Below, in pieces: positions 51,801 to 64,000 of a stretch of 64,000 bases of DNA. A model generated the notes under the pieces. It worked only from the letters and a program-made list of their open reading frames with translations. It searched no databases and had not been told where the DNA came from. The stretch is from positions 73,479 through 137,478 of the forward strand of contig JAAOMT010000231.1 in the NCBI GenBank assembly GCA_016748015.1, given 5' to 3'. Positions within the stretch are counted from its first letter, which is position 1; the number at the start of each line of letters is the position of its first letter. The translations under genes and the position numbers were made by a program. Origin of the DNA: Geosiphon pyriformis uo1 (Eukaryota; Fungi; Glomeromycota).

Positions 51801-52624
51801 TAAGATTAAGATAGGAGTTCTAAATTTAGTTTTAAAACCGAGTTGTAAAAGAGATATTTTTTTCTCCAGCATTTGTTGGTGTCCATCTAATGATTCTTGG
51901 GTAAGCACCAGCATTGGTTTTTTGTGAGAACCAAGTAGCAAGAGAGCCTTGGAAGTAGCCATTAACAATTTGGAACTTGTATTTATTATCATATTAGTTG
52001 GCTGTAACAGCTCTTTTAAAATCATCCAACCATTAAATTAGATCTTGTGTATCATCTTTAAATAAAGATAATAGGGTGTTGTTTCTTTACTCTAGAACAG
52101 TTTGTATACTCTGAAGGGCGATCAGAATGTTTTATTGTATAGAGTCATTAGCCATTGGTTCAGAAGTAGCTGTTTGTGTGGAATATTCTAATTTACTTAA
52201 AAAGAAATCAAAAACAAAAGTGGTTTGATAGCTTTCTTTTTTTGTTTCAAAGAGTATTTCAGCTAACTAATAGACAGCAATTCAAATGTAAATTTGGTGA
52301 TTTAAATATTCAGAATCAGAGAACTGTTGTTCAAAGATTGTTGAATATAAAAGCTAATTGATACTGTTGTTTTTTTCTTTAAAGTTGTCTTTAAAATAAG
52401 CTTGGTCAAAGTAATAGGTTATATAAGCTGTATAGGTTTTAGCTAAATGCTTATTTAGAAACCAGTTCCAAAAGTTTTAGAATTGTCGATTAGATTATTC
52501 TTCAAATGAAAAAGCAAATCAAACAGAAGGGCAAAGAGTTAAGTTCAATAAAATTTAGATTGTTTTTGTTGTGTACTTCAAAGTGTTCTTTTGATTGTTA
52601 TGGCAAGTATGAATAATTACCCAT
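48852..52624 (-). pseudogene. GyB-1 gag, protease and RT
   Basis: ORFs 51363..51710, 50352..50918 (LILDSG) and 48998..49456 match GyB-2. Confidence 0.92.
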
Positions 52625-52676
52625 ACAATAAGAAACAAAATGGATTTTGACAACCTCACAGAAAACACTACTTTTA

Positions 52677-53303
52677 TGTTACAAGTTGGAGTAACAAGCT
52701 AATGGATAATAAAGAAGAATAAGATTGTAGAGTGATAAAAGGAATTAAAGAGAATTTAACTTTAAAGAGCAAATTGAATAAGTATGAATTTAAAGATAGA
52801 GAAATAGCTCATATTATTAACAAATGATCACACACTAGTATAATTCTATGCTTTATATCAGTATTTTTAGAATTCAATATCAGATATCAGATGTATTCTT
52901 CAGTTACATTTTATTTAATAATCTTCAAATGCTGTAATTATACATTTCAGGAAAAGGGTAAGAAATAACCAACAAGTAATCTTTTATTCTAAGATATTCA
53001 GATACTTGAAGGTAAGGAAAGAGAAATTAACAATAAGAGAATAATTGAGATGAAAGTTATTATTTTATTTCTTTTTTTTCTTTAATTCTTATATGTTTTT
53101 CTATAGCTAAGATATTCATTGCTTATATAGCTATCAAAAGTGGTTAATAATCAAATTAACAATTAGGTCAATGATTAAGTCAATAATTAGGTCAATAATT
53201 AGGTTATTAATTAAGTCAATGATCAGATCAATAATCACTATCTAAAAATAGAGCGGCTAATACATATGATAATTAATAAGAAGTATAGATTTCAACTGTA
53301 ATA
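52677..53303 (-). repeat. GyB-1 5' LTR (627 bp, internal deletion near 52790)
   Basis: Direct repeat of 16793-17523. Confidence 0.9.
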
Positions 53304-53721
53304 ATATTAATACTTTTAGAATTTAATATTAAATATTAAATATACTTTTTAATAATATTTATTCAATAATCTTTAATATTAATAGTTTTAGATAAATACC
53401 AACAAGAAATTTTTTATTATAAAAATGTTCAAATACTTAAAAAAATTTGGAAAAAATAAATAAATTAATTAAAAAAGATTGAATATTTAAATATAATTTT
53501 TATTATTTTGATTTATATATGTTTTATATACTTATATATGTTTTTTTAAAGTGAAAAAATATATTACTTATATAATTATTTAAAGTAGTTAATAACTAAA
53601 TTAATGATCAGACTATTAATCAAGTTATTGATCACTTTCTAAAAAAAAAATGGTTAAATATATAATATTAATAATTAATACATATAATATTTAATAAAAA
53701 CTATGATTTATAATTATAATA

Positions 53722-54290
53722 ATATAATAAAAAGCAAAATAAATTTTAATAATTTTACAAAAAACATTACTTTTATATTACAGATTAAAATAATAAACAA
53801 AAAAAAAGCTATTAAAAATAATAAAAATAATTAAAGAAAAATTTAATTAAAAAAATAAATTGAATTTATAAAATTTAAATATATATAATTAAAAATAGAA
53901 AATTGTAATTATTAATAAAATAATAATAATATTATTATTTTATGTTTTACTTAAGTAATTTTTAAAATTAATATTAAACCAATTTTAATAATACAAATTA
54001 AAAAAAAATAAGATATGTAAATATTAATAAGTAATCTTTTATTTAAAAATATTTAGATACTTAAAAATAAGAATTGGCAAAAAAAATAAATAATATAAAA
54101 AATATTAAATAATAATAATAATTTTTTTATTTTTATTTTTTATTTTTTTATATAGTTATTTTAATTAATTAATAATCAAGTTATTAATTAGGTTTAATTA
54201 TTATTATTTAAAAATAAAATAGCTAATTATATAATATTATTGGCTAATATATGTAATAATTAATAAAAACTAGTTTTTAATAATAATAAT
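53722..54290 (-). repeat. Ghost GyB-0 leader, PBS remnant (~53753-53769) and 5' LTR (~53776-54290)
   Basis: 'aattttacaaaaaacattacttttatattacagattaaaataataaac' vs GyB-1 'aacctcacagaaaacactacttttatgttacaagttggagtaacaagc'. Confidence 0.72.
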
Positions 54291-55639
54291 ATTATTAAAT
54301 AGTTAAGCAAAATAATAATAATAATTTTATAATATATATTTACAAAATATCTTTTCAAAATAATTTAATATAAAATAAATTTATATCTAATTATATATAA
54401 AAAATACATAAATTATATTTAATTTAGAATTTTATGTAAATATATTATATTAAATAATAATTAGACATATATATTAAATAATAAACTTTTTTATAATTTT
54501 AAAAAAAAATCTTTAATATTTTTTAAAATTATTATTTTTGGGTTTTTTAAAAATTTAAAAATTTATTTAATTGTTTTAAAGTTTGTTTTTTAATATTAAT
54601 TTTTATTAATTTTATAATATTAATATTATTTATAAAAAATAGTATTTTATTTAATATAAATAACAATAATAATAATATATATATTAAAATAAATTAGAAT
54701 TATTAGTTAACTATAATTAATTATTGTTAATAAAAACAAACTAAATTATGTTTTAATAAAACTTAAAAACTAATTTAATAATATAAATATTAAAATAATT
54801 TTTTTTATTAAAAATACTGTTAATTTTAATAATGCTTAAAAAACAATTATTAAATAAAATTTTTGAATATTTAGTTTTATTTTAAGACTTAATATTTTTA
54901 TATAATCAAATTAATTTATGTAAAATTTATATTTGTTAAATCTTTTTTTATTATAAAAATATTAAAATTTATTGTGATTTTTAACATTATTTTTGCTTTT
55001 GTTGTTGTTTTTTCTTAATAAATTTTTTAAAAATATTATAATTCTCTTAATATATTTAGTAAAAATTATTATTATTTTATTAATTGGTTTTTATCAAAAT
55101 ATATAATTGTTTAAGTAATATAAATAAACATGTTTTTTTTATTACTTATATTAAATTTTTAATATATTATTATTAAGATTAATACTTTAAAAAAAAGATT
55201 TATTTAATAAAAAATCTTTAAATATTAATAAAATTTAATAGTATAAGTTTTTTATTGTTAAATAATTAAACTAAAAATAATTAAAATTAGAAATCCAGTT
55301 TTTTTTTGAAAATATAAATTAAAAATAGTATTAAACTATTAATTAATATATTTAAATAATTGTTTATATATAAAAAAAGTATAATATATATTTTTTATTT
55401 ATAAAATAAATAGTAAAATTAAACTTATTATAGACAAAAATATTTTAAATTTTTTTAAATTTGCAAAATTATCAGTATTCTAATAAAATAAATATAATTT
55501 ACCAAAACAATTTTTTATATTATATTATAAATTAATAATTTTAAATTTTTTTTAAATTTATTAACAAGTATAACTTAATTACTATTTAATATACTATTGT
55601 TATTTATAAAGTAAAGCAAAAAAAAATTACAAATAAAAA

Positions 55640-56410
55640 TATAATATTAATAATTAATAATATAATATATATTATTATAAAAATTTTAAAAATTTCAGAA
55701 ATGCCAAAAATTTTAATAATAATTTAAAAAACTTTAAAAATTTTAAAAATATATACTATAAAAATTTATATATATATAATAAAATATTAAAAGCAAAAAA
55801 AACAAACAAATTAAATTAAAAACAAGTTTGATTTTATTTTATTAAATAACTTTTATAGTTAATAAATTAACATTTAAAATTTATATTTATTTATATTATC
55901 TAAAACTAATTTTATAAAATTTTTTTTTTTTTATTAATGTTAATAATATTAATATTATATTTTTTAATAATATTAAAACAATAATTTTTAATTATAACTA
56001 TTAATAAAATACTAATTTTCTATTTTTATTTATTTATTTTTTTCTATTTTGTTTGGTATTTATTAATTAATAAAAAAAATACTAAAATTATAATGTTTAG
56101 AATTGTTTAATAACAAATATTAAAAAAAAATATAAAATATAGTCAAAAAACTAGAATTGCTTATTAAAAAAATAAAAAACATTAAAATAAACTAGTTACT
56201 ATATACAAAAAAGTTAGATATTAAGTATTATTTATTATTAATCTTGCTTATTATACAAAGAATTCAATTATTAAAATCTTTAAAAAATTTTTAAGCTAAA
56301 AATTTATTAATTTAGATATTAAGTTTTAATAATTTTAATAACTTAACAAATTATTAATAATAATATAAACAAATTAAATATTTATATATTTACTATATAT
56401 AATTAATTAT
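55640..56410 (+). repeat. Ghost family-A-like LTR
   Basis: 55760-55850 and 55985-56110 match the sense strand of the A LTR (TATA box and downstream) after A/T conversion; ends approximate. Confidence 0.5.
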
Positions 56411-58676
56411 ACAAATTAGCTAAAATTATATTATATATTTATATTAAAACTAATACTACTCTTTAACCTAAAAAAACAAATACTTATTGTATAAATTAAA
56501 ATTAACTGCAAAAACTTTAATAATATTAAGCAAATAAACTATTTTATTAAACAAAATATTAATTAAGTTATATAAATTATAAAAATAAACATATTATTAT
56601 TAATTAAATTACTTTTTTTTATGATAACTTTATATTTAAACTTATATATTATATTTTTTTATAGTTTATTATTAATTATATTTAAAAAAACTAATTATAA
56701 ACAAATTAGCTTAATATTCTTGAAAATTAATATTGTTTTATCATATTATATATTAAAAATAAAGTTTTTATACATAGTAATATATAAAATATTAAAAAAT
56801 ATTAAAAAAACAAAAGTAATAACAAAGATAAAACATTAGCAATTAAAATTCAAAAAACAAAAAATTTCTTAATAATTTTACATAAATAGTAGAATCTGAT
56901 TTACATATAAAAACATGATCAAAAAATTTTAATTTTTTATAATAAAAATAAAAAACTTTTAAGTATTATCTATTATATAAATATTTTTAAATAACAATTA
57001 AAAGTTATTTATAATTAGTTTTTATAAAATATATTTGCAAACTGGTTAAAAATTTGTTGATAAAATCTAATTGTATATAAAAATCTAAATATTAAACCAA
57101 AAAAATATGAACTAATTTATATTTTTAATTATATTATTAATAATTAATATTTGAATTAGCTTTTTATTAAATACAACAAACTAATTAATAAATATTACAA
57201 ATAAAATAATAAATATTATCAATAGTTGTTATTTTATTAGCTTAAAAATAATTTTCTCAAATAAAAATTAGAAAATATAAAAATAAATAAAAAATATTAT
57301 TAATTAAGTTATTTGTAATTTTATTAATAATAATATCAAAATAATTTTTTATTTTAAATCAAAAAACTAAAATGTTTTTAATATAAATATAATTAACAAT
57401 CTGCTTTTTTTTAATTTTACAATAATTACAAATATTAAATAATATCAAACTAAGTTCAAAAATACAAGTATTAAAAACAGCTTAATTGTTAAAAAAAATA
57501 TTAATTATATTAAATAATAATATATATTCAAGAACTAAAAAAATTAAGCCATATATTTAAACACTAATATTTAAATCTAAATTTTTAAAACAAATAGTAA
57601 TATTATTAAATATAATACAAATACCTAATTTTTTTAACAAATTATCTGTAAAAACACTAATAATAAGCAATTTAGCTTTTTTTAAACATTTTTTAATTAT
57701 AAACAGACCATATTTGTTAAATAATTAATTACTAAAGTTATTTCAAATCTTTTCAAAAAATTAATCACTTTATAATACAATTTTAGCAAAAAATTGACAT
57801 TAGAATAAGTTTTGATTAGATTAAACTTGAAAAAATCATTTATAGACAAAAAAGTATTTGTTACTACTAAAATAATTTATAAGTAATCTATATATAATAT
57901 TTGCAATTTATGATATATACAAATAAAATAAAATATTTTTATGTTTAGCAATTTTTTTATTTTTTATGTATGAATGTTAAAAATTTTGTGAAATTTTTAT
58001 TATTAAAGAGATATATATTATGTTTGTAATATTAACTTTTTTGAATATTTATTTACAAATAAAAAAAAAATTAAATAAAAATATAAAACAAATAATAATA
58101 AGAAAATTTTTTCTTAAAATTATAAAAATTTGTATTTCACAAAATTTAATTTTTACTTGTTTAAAACCAGATGTATCTTATAGAATTATTTTTTTGGACC
58201 AAAAATATTTTTAATTTATACATTAATTTTTAATTATAATATAAACACTAATTTTTTTAGAAATATTGTTAGTTTTAATAATACTTAAAAAACAATTACT
58301 AATTAAATTTTTTTGAATAAACAGTTTTTACTTTAATATTAATATTTTTTATAAATTAAATTAACTTATATAAAATTTGTATTCTAATTATTTTATAGTT
58401 TTAGTAATTTTAAAATTATTATTGAAAAAATAATTTAATTTTTTTATATAAAATTTGTATTTTCAGATGTTTTAAATATTACCACCAAAATTGTATTTGC
58501 TAAATATTATTTCATTATACTTAAAATTACAAAATTGTTTTTGCTTTTAGCTTTGTTTTTATTACTGTTATTGTATTTTTAATTATTTTTTAATAAATTT
58601 TTTAATAATACTAATAATACTTTTTATATAATTAATAAAGTTATTCTTATTAAGTTAAAAAAAAATTAAAAAAAAA

Positions 58677-60944
58677 CTCTTTGTTTTCTTAAATTTATAA
58701 TCACAATCAAAACAAAGAATAAAAAGCTATACTTAATATCTTTTCTGAGATATCTCATAAAATTTCAATCAGAAAAGCTCTCTTTGTTATAAAAACAACT
58801 AGGCAAAACGTTTTGGAAGTCTTCTTTTTACCTAATAATCGTGAAAAGCTGTCTTTGATGGCTATTGAAACAACTTTTTTATTTTTGGCTGGTCTTTTAT
58901 TAGTCAAAGTTCTTTCAAAGAGACATACTTGAATTAGTTCTAGTATTGCCTTTATTTCTTTAAAGAGCCCAAAAATTTTTAATAATAGACTAATCAACAA
59001 GTTAGTTTTTCTTTTTATAGCTGCTACACCAGGTGCTATTAGCACTTTTTCTTCAAAAAAAATGGTCAAAAAGACCAAAAATTCAGAAAAGTAGAAGCAG
59101 TTGCTTATTTTTGCTATTATTACACCAAATTCTTTTGTGGTTCTTAATAAGATCTTAAGTAAGATTTCCATAACATATCCAACATATTATCTAAGATAAA
59201 CCAAGATTAACCACTGGCTGTGTTGCCAAATGTGGTGTTTTTTGACAGATTATCATTGATTTTAGAAGCAAAACAATCATCTTCTGTACTGTTACCTGTT
59301 TTTAAGAACTGGACTAACCAAATAGAAACTGAATCATTTTTTCTTCTAGTTTTTGGTGCTGTTACTGGTAGTGCTTGGAAAACTATTGCTAGTTGTTACA
59401 GGTTTGCTGAGCAGATGGCCTCTATTTTGGTGCTTAGTGCTACTTTCAAGATCAAATTGGCTCATATTAAAGCTGTTTTTTAGTTTGTACATGGTTTTCT
59501 AGGTGTAAAGTCAGTGTTAAAAAACAATGTAAAACTCTTCTGTATGGAGTTTGCTTTTCAAATGTTTTTGGGAACTGTATTTTTGGTTGAACTTACAAGT
59601 TCTGTTTGTTTAGTCATTCTTAAAATTCCCAAGTTTTTGGTAGTTTCTGAATTTGATTTTTTTTTTGCTGCTGTTGTACTATGTAATATGTTTTTGGGTG
59701 TGTTTGCTGCTAACATTAAGACAGTTTTTGGTGTGTTTAGTAATATTGCTTATGTTGTGTTGAAGCCTATTAACATTTGACAATATATGGTTATTTATTT
59801 TAAAAAGTTGAACTCTGGTATGTTTACTTTGAATTATTGGTTAGTTTTGATAAACAAAAATAGTGTTAAAATCTTTTTCTTAGTGAATTAAAATGAAACT
59901 ATTCTGTTTTGTAATAGGTTTAAGACCAAGCTGGTCAACTTTCCTTCTGGCTTTACTGCTTTTGAAATCAGTAATATGATTTTTTAAGTTAGTAGTTAGA
60001 CATGTTTTATTTTTTGTTCTTTTGATTCTGGTTATTGTTTTTAATTTGCTCTGGTTACTTTTGGTTTTTAGGTGAATTTAGATGCTGTAATTTTTAAGAC
60101 TGATATGCTAAAAAAGTGCCATATCTGATGAAAGACTCTTAGGAATTGATGTTGCTTTTGGTGTTAAGATTCAGATCATTTGGTTTTGAATTATAAAATG
60201 TCTCTACTTCTCTTTTTTAAGACTTCCAAAGTATTCACTTCTTGTGTTATTGGTAACAAATTTTATGTTAAAGCTGCTGCTTCTGTACTTCTTTTGGTTT
60301 CTAGTATTTTAGCTAGTTTAGTTTTTTTACTAATATAATATCTGATGACTCTATAATCTCTTTTTAATTAATCTCTTTGGAATTGAAATTGGCCAAACTT
60401 TTTAATCTGGTTAATTCTATTATTAAGCCTGTTGATTCTATAATAAAAGTGTTTGAACAATTCTTTAATAGGAACTTGGTTTTGAGTAGTGCTCTTGGTT
60501 TTAAGATCAATAAAGTTTTGGTACACATAAGTTTCTTTAATAAAACTGTTGGTAAGCTAAAATGCAAAATAGTTGCTTTGAAAACTAAATACAGTTATGC
60601 AGACATTGATATATCTGGCCCTTATATAGGCTTGTTTTCTATTGATAATAATATGTTTTCTAATTTAATATCATTTTGGAAATATGAATCTGTTGCTATT
60701 AAGTCTGATATCTTAAAAATGACTAAATAATTGGTTGGTTTAATTAATAATAGTGCTATATTATTTGAAATTGTTTAGAGAATATCTTCTGAAATATTAA
60801 TGTAGTATAACTTGAACTGGCTTGAGTAGCTAATTACATGTAGAAAGTATTTAAATTATATTTAGTACTAAGACACTTAATTTGTTTTTAATTTCTAGAT
60901 AGTAATTAAACCATACTCATTAAAATTCTAATAAAAAAAAAAAA
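58677..60944 (+). mobile_element. ORF1-only non-autonomous LINE-like element (HAL1-like), ~2.3 kb
   Basis: Decayed ORF1 homologue (~58740-60805) followed directly by a 3' UTR homologous to LINE 16575-16713 and an A12 tail 60933-60944; no ORF2 sequence. Confidence 0.78.
58740..60805 (+). pseudogene. LINE ORF1-like protein (RRM-like, decayed zinc knuckle CFWC*DSDHLVLNY)
   Basis: AAVVLCNMFLGVFAANIKTVFGVFS..QYMVIYF..KLVNFPSGFTAFEI aligns with LINE ORF1 RAVVIKKILIRTSAKAVCTVLSKFG..QKAVVEF..LLYILPMGTNAYNI. Confidence 0.75.
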
Positions 60945-62999
60945 GTTAAAATTTGTTAACTTATAATAATATGTTTTTGTTTATTTTAAAAATATAAATT
61001 TGTTAATACTGTTTTTGTTTATTGATAAATTCTAATAAAAAAATAGTATTTGAATTTTTTTTCTAAGCTAAAAAAAATAATTGTTTTACAAAACACTTTA
61101 ATATTAAATTAATTGATTTTTTTTAACTATACAACTTATAAAATTAGTAATATTATTGTTTAAGTACATAATTATTAAACTTAACTTACTTAATAAAATT
61201 AGTAATAAAATTTATTAGTATTTTATTAGTATAAGTTTTTTATTGTTATTTAATAGAAATAAGTTTAATGTAAAATTAAAAATTCAGTTCTTTTTTTTGA
61301 AAATTAAACTAAAAATTCATTAAAATATGAAAAGTAATAATAAAATAATATAAAAATTTTTCTTTTTGAAAAATGCATGAAAAATTTGTTCAGTAAACAA
61401 AAAAACAATTAATAAGTATTTATTTTGCTAATAATCTCAAGGCTAAATTTTAATCTTTTAGTTTTTTATTGAGCAATCTTGGAACTTAATAATTTATAAA
61501 CAGATGATTAATCCAATCAAAAGCCAACTTATGCTAAAATTCTATTAGACAAAACAATTAACTCAAAGTATCTAATAAGTTTAAACTAAAAAAAAAATTG
61601 GATTTATAATTATAAATGGATGTTACTAAAATTTTTGAATATCAAGTTTTCACATTCTAAGTGTTATTAAAGATTGTTTGTGGTTTTGTATTTAGCTGCC
61701 AGCATATAACTGAAAAATGACTTTTTAAAATTTTTTCACTCATTTATTATTTATTTACTTTGGTTTTAATATTTTTAAAACTTGTATATGATTAAGTTAT
61801 GTGTAATTTCCTCAAATTATATTAAATTTTAAATGTTTAAAATAAAAATTGAAGCTTTTTCAAAAAAATTATTCAAATAGTTTAATTTTTTTATTTAAAA
61901 AAAAGCCTAAATTAAAAAATATTATGTAACATTTAACTAATATCAAATATTCAAAAATTTGTTCAAGACAATTTTATGTTTATAAATAAAAACACAAAAT
62001 AAAAATGACATTATAATTTAAAAGTTACAATTTAAAATAGTTAGAAAAATTCTGTAATTATTGTAATTAAATGAAATTATTATAAGTAATTATATTTTTT
62101 AATTTGGCCAATTTATTATTTTATTTTTAAGTATTAAAAATTTTTTATTACAAATAATTTTAATTATAATAATTATAATTTAAAAAAAATTTTTTGACTT
62201 AAACTGGTTCATAAAACAAAAAATCAGTCAGTTGAAAAATGAAAAAATTTATTTAAAAATTTTTTCTGAATATTATTACAATATTTTAAAACAAGAAAAT
62301 TTGGTTTTTTAAAAGGAAATATATATATTCATTTAAAATATTTTCTAATTGATCAATCCAATTTCACAATTTTAATTTAATGAAATAATGTATGAAAATA
62401 ATTATTTGAATATTAAAAACAATAAAAATAATTTATTAATTGAATAGATAATATTTCGTATGAAAAATCAATTATTGGTAATTTAAACCATTCCCGAAAA
62501 AAAATCTCAATTTTCTTAATAGCTAGCCAATAAAATACTAAAATAAAACTATTTAATATATCAAATTGTAAAATGACTTGTAAAAAGTTCATATCTCAGA
62601 TAATATTTTATGTTTTCATCTGCACTTTTTATGGTTGAGATATTCTGGGAATTTACATTTGATATATATAAATTGAAACTTGAGTGTTGTTGAATTTGAA
62701 TTTTATTATTTGACTCTTATTATTAAGTTGTAAAAATATCTACATAGTGTTAATTCTAAATTCAATATTTTCATGTTTTGATAATTAGTGAAAATTTACA
62801 AATATTTTGGCAATCACTTAAGTTTTAATGGGGCTATTCGATTGTGAGGTTAAAAGGGTTATGATTGCTGTAGTGAAAAGGTGTTTGGTTCCTTGTTCGT
62901 ATGGTAGAATCAGAATCATAGGAATAGTGTAAAAGTTAAGGGATCAGGAATCTGGGTGTGCACGAACAAACCAAGCTCTTCCAAAATAATGCGTGGCAA

Positions 63000-63470
63000 T
63001 ATTATTATGAGAGATATATCTTAAAAGAATCATATTCTGTCTGACAATTCGATTGATAAAGATGCGTCAGTATCTCTATCAAATGATAATAAAAATCACA
63101 ATAATAATAATAATCAAATTCGACAGAGACAAGAAAAAGATGAATACCATACAGCAGTATGAATAATATCACGCGTAGGAGGTGGCACCTATGATCCATC
63201 AATAAATAAATTCTTAAATAGTTAAAGCTTTTATCCGAATAAAATAATTCAAAAATTGAAACACCTTTGTTCTCAAGATATCCCATGTAAAAGCGATCAC
63301 TAAAATATTATTAACATCACAAAATATCAAGTTTTAATCGGGGAATTGTTCTCATAAAGGTCATTACGTATTGTTTATATTGCTGGATATTGAATTACGC
63401 TCTTTTAAGTGGACTATTAATCTCAAAAAGTGATATTCCCCGTTCATATTTTCCCGCGAATGGCAGCTAT
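63000..63470 (-). other. Probable 3' exons of a spliced host gene (product unknown)
   Basis: CpG-retaining sequence not repeated in the window, with three ~70-nt AT-rich GT..AG intervals (63300-63367, 63189-63264, 63076-63147) separating more GC-rich short segments; reading frame ambiguous. Confidence 0.4.
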
Positions 63471-64000
63471 ATTCAAAATGGTTATAAATTCTTATTTGAA
63501 TTCAGTATAATTTCATTAATTAGTTTTCAAAAAAGTGAGATAGATAGATAGATAATAAATTTAAAAATAAGCTAAAATCAAAAATAGATAATAAGGTATT
63601 TTTGGCAATACAATTTTCAGTATTTGTACACGCCTCATTTCTATGATTCGTAACCGGAGTTTTAAAAGAAATCGGAGGCTGAATTCCTCATGAAAAACAA
63701 TTACAGAAATTTTATTCATTGTGTAAAGATATTTAAAATGATTCCACATGATAACTCGGGGGATTAAATTTCAAAACAGGAATTGATTGTCGCCCCTTTA
63801 AAGCAATTTGAATGAAAACAAGAAAAATAAAAATACCCATGAAAATGAATCAGAAAAATACCAATTGCAATCAAACCGTTTGTTAAAAAAAGAAACCACT
63901 GTATTTTATAGTTCTTTGTAACGAAAGATGTTACAGCCGCTGTTGCAAGCTATCAATGTTTTGAAAAATATTAGCGAAAGTAATTTCTTTTTTCGAAATT

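Larger units (their letters stand above)
16793..53303 (-). mobile_element. GyB-1: family-B gypsy element split by GyA-2 and GyA-3 (own pieces 16793-19293, 38084-38794, 48848-53303)
   Basis: 3' LTR 16793-17523, 5' LTR 52677-53303, decayed PBS 52654-52670, TSD ATAT (16789-16792 / 53304-53307); pieces collinear with GyB-2. Confidence 0.92.
9798..53721 (-). repeat. Ghost family-B solo LTR split into three pieces (9798-9965, 16708-16792, 53304-53721)
   Basis: The pieces concatenate into one decayed copy of the B LTR; ATAT on both sides (9794-9797 / 53722-53725), which is weak evidence in AT-rich DNA. Confidence 0.75.

Noticed and set aside
56621-58214. K/I/N-rich ORFs in the AT desert and a possible ghost LINE endonuclease on the minus strand
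   Set aside because: ORFs are compositional; endonuclease resemblance is too weak to support by eye.
63148-63299. Kelch-like peptide WDILRTKVPPPTRDIIHTAV from one splice frame
   Set aside because: An alternative frame joins the upstream exon better; no assignment is possible.
63539-63554. (GATA)4 microsatellite
   Set aside because: Too short to be informative.

Overview
AT-rich eukaryotic DNA that is almost entirely a nested retrotransposon stack. It is most likely a Glomeromycotina/Mucoromycota fungus; the proteins resemble Geosiphon-type TE proteins from memory, which is unverified. Positions 1-54290 resolve, using TG..CA LTR ends and 4-bp TSDs, into five levels. A ghost Ty3/gypsy family-B element (GyB-0) hosts GyA-1 and a ghost family-B solo LTR. 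That solo LTR hosts a full-length LINE (9966-16713) and GyB-1 (16793-53303). GyB-1 hosts GyA-2 and GyA-3, and GyA-2 hosts a third-family solo LTR and GyB-2. All copies are pseudogenised by C>T/G>A transitions, most heavily in the ghost layers. Most notable: (1) both gypsy families stop after RNase H and appear to encode integrase, then an unknown ORF3, as separate cistrons; (2) both share one PBS (probably elongator tRNA-Met) and carry collinear boxes in the LTR complementary to that tRNA's anticodon arm; (3) family A carries dUTPase, a multi-CxxC domain and an apparent GUG start, while family B has a UUUAAAC + pseudoknot -1 frameshift; (4) an ORF1-only, HAL1-like poly(A) element (58677-60944) shares the LINE 3' UTR. 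The last ~1.2 kb retains CpG and probably contains the 3' part of a spliced host gene. All alignments were done by eye.
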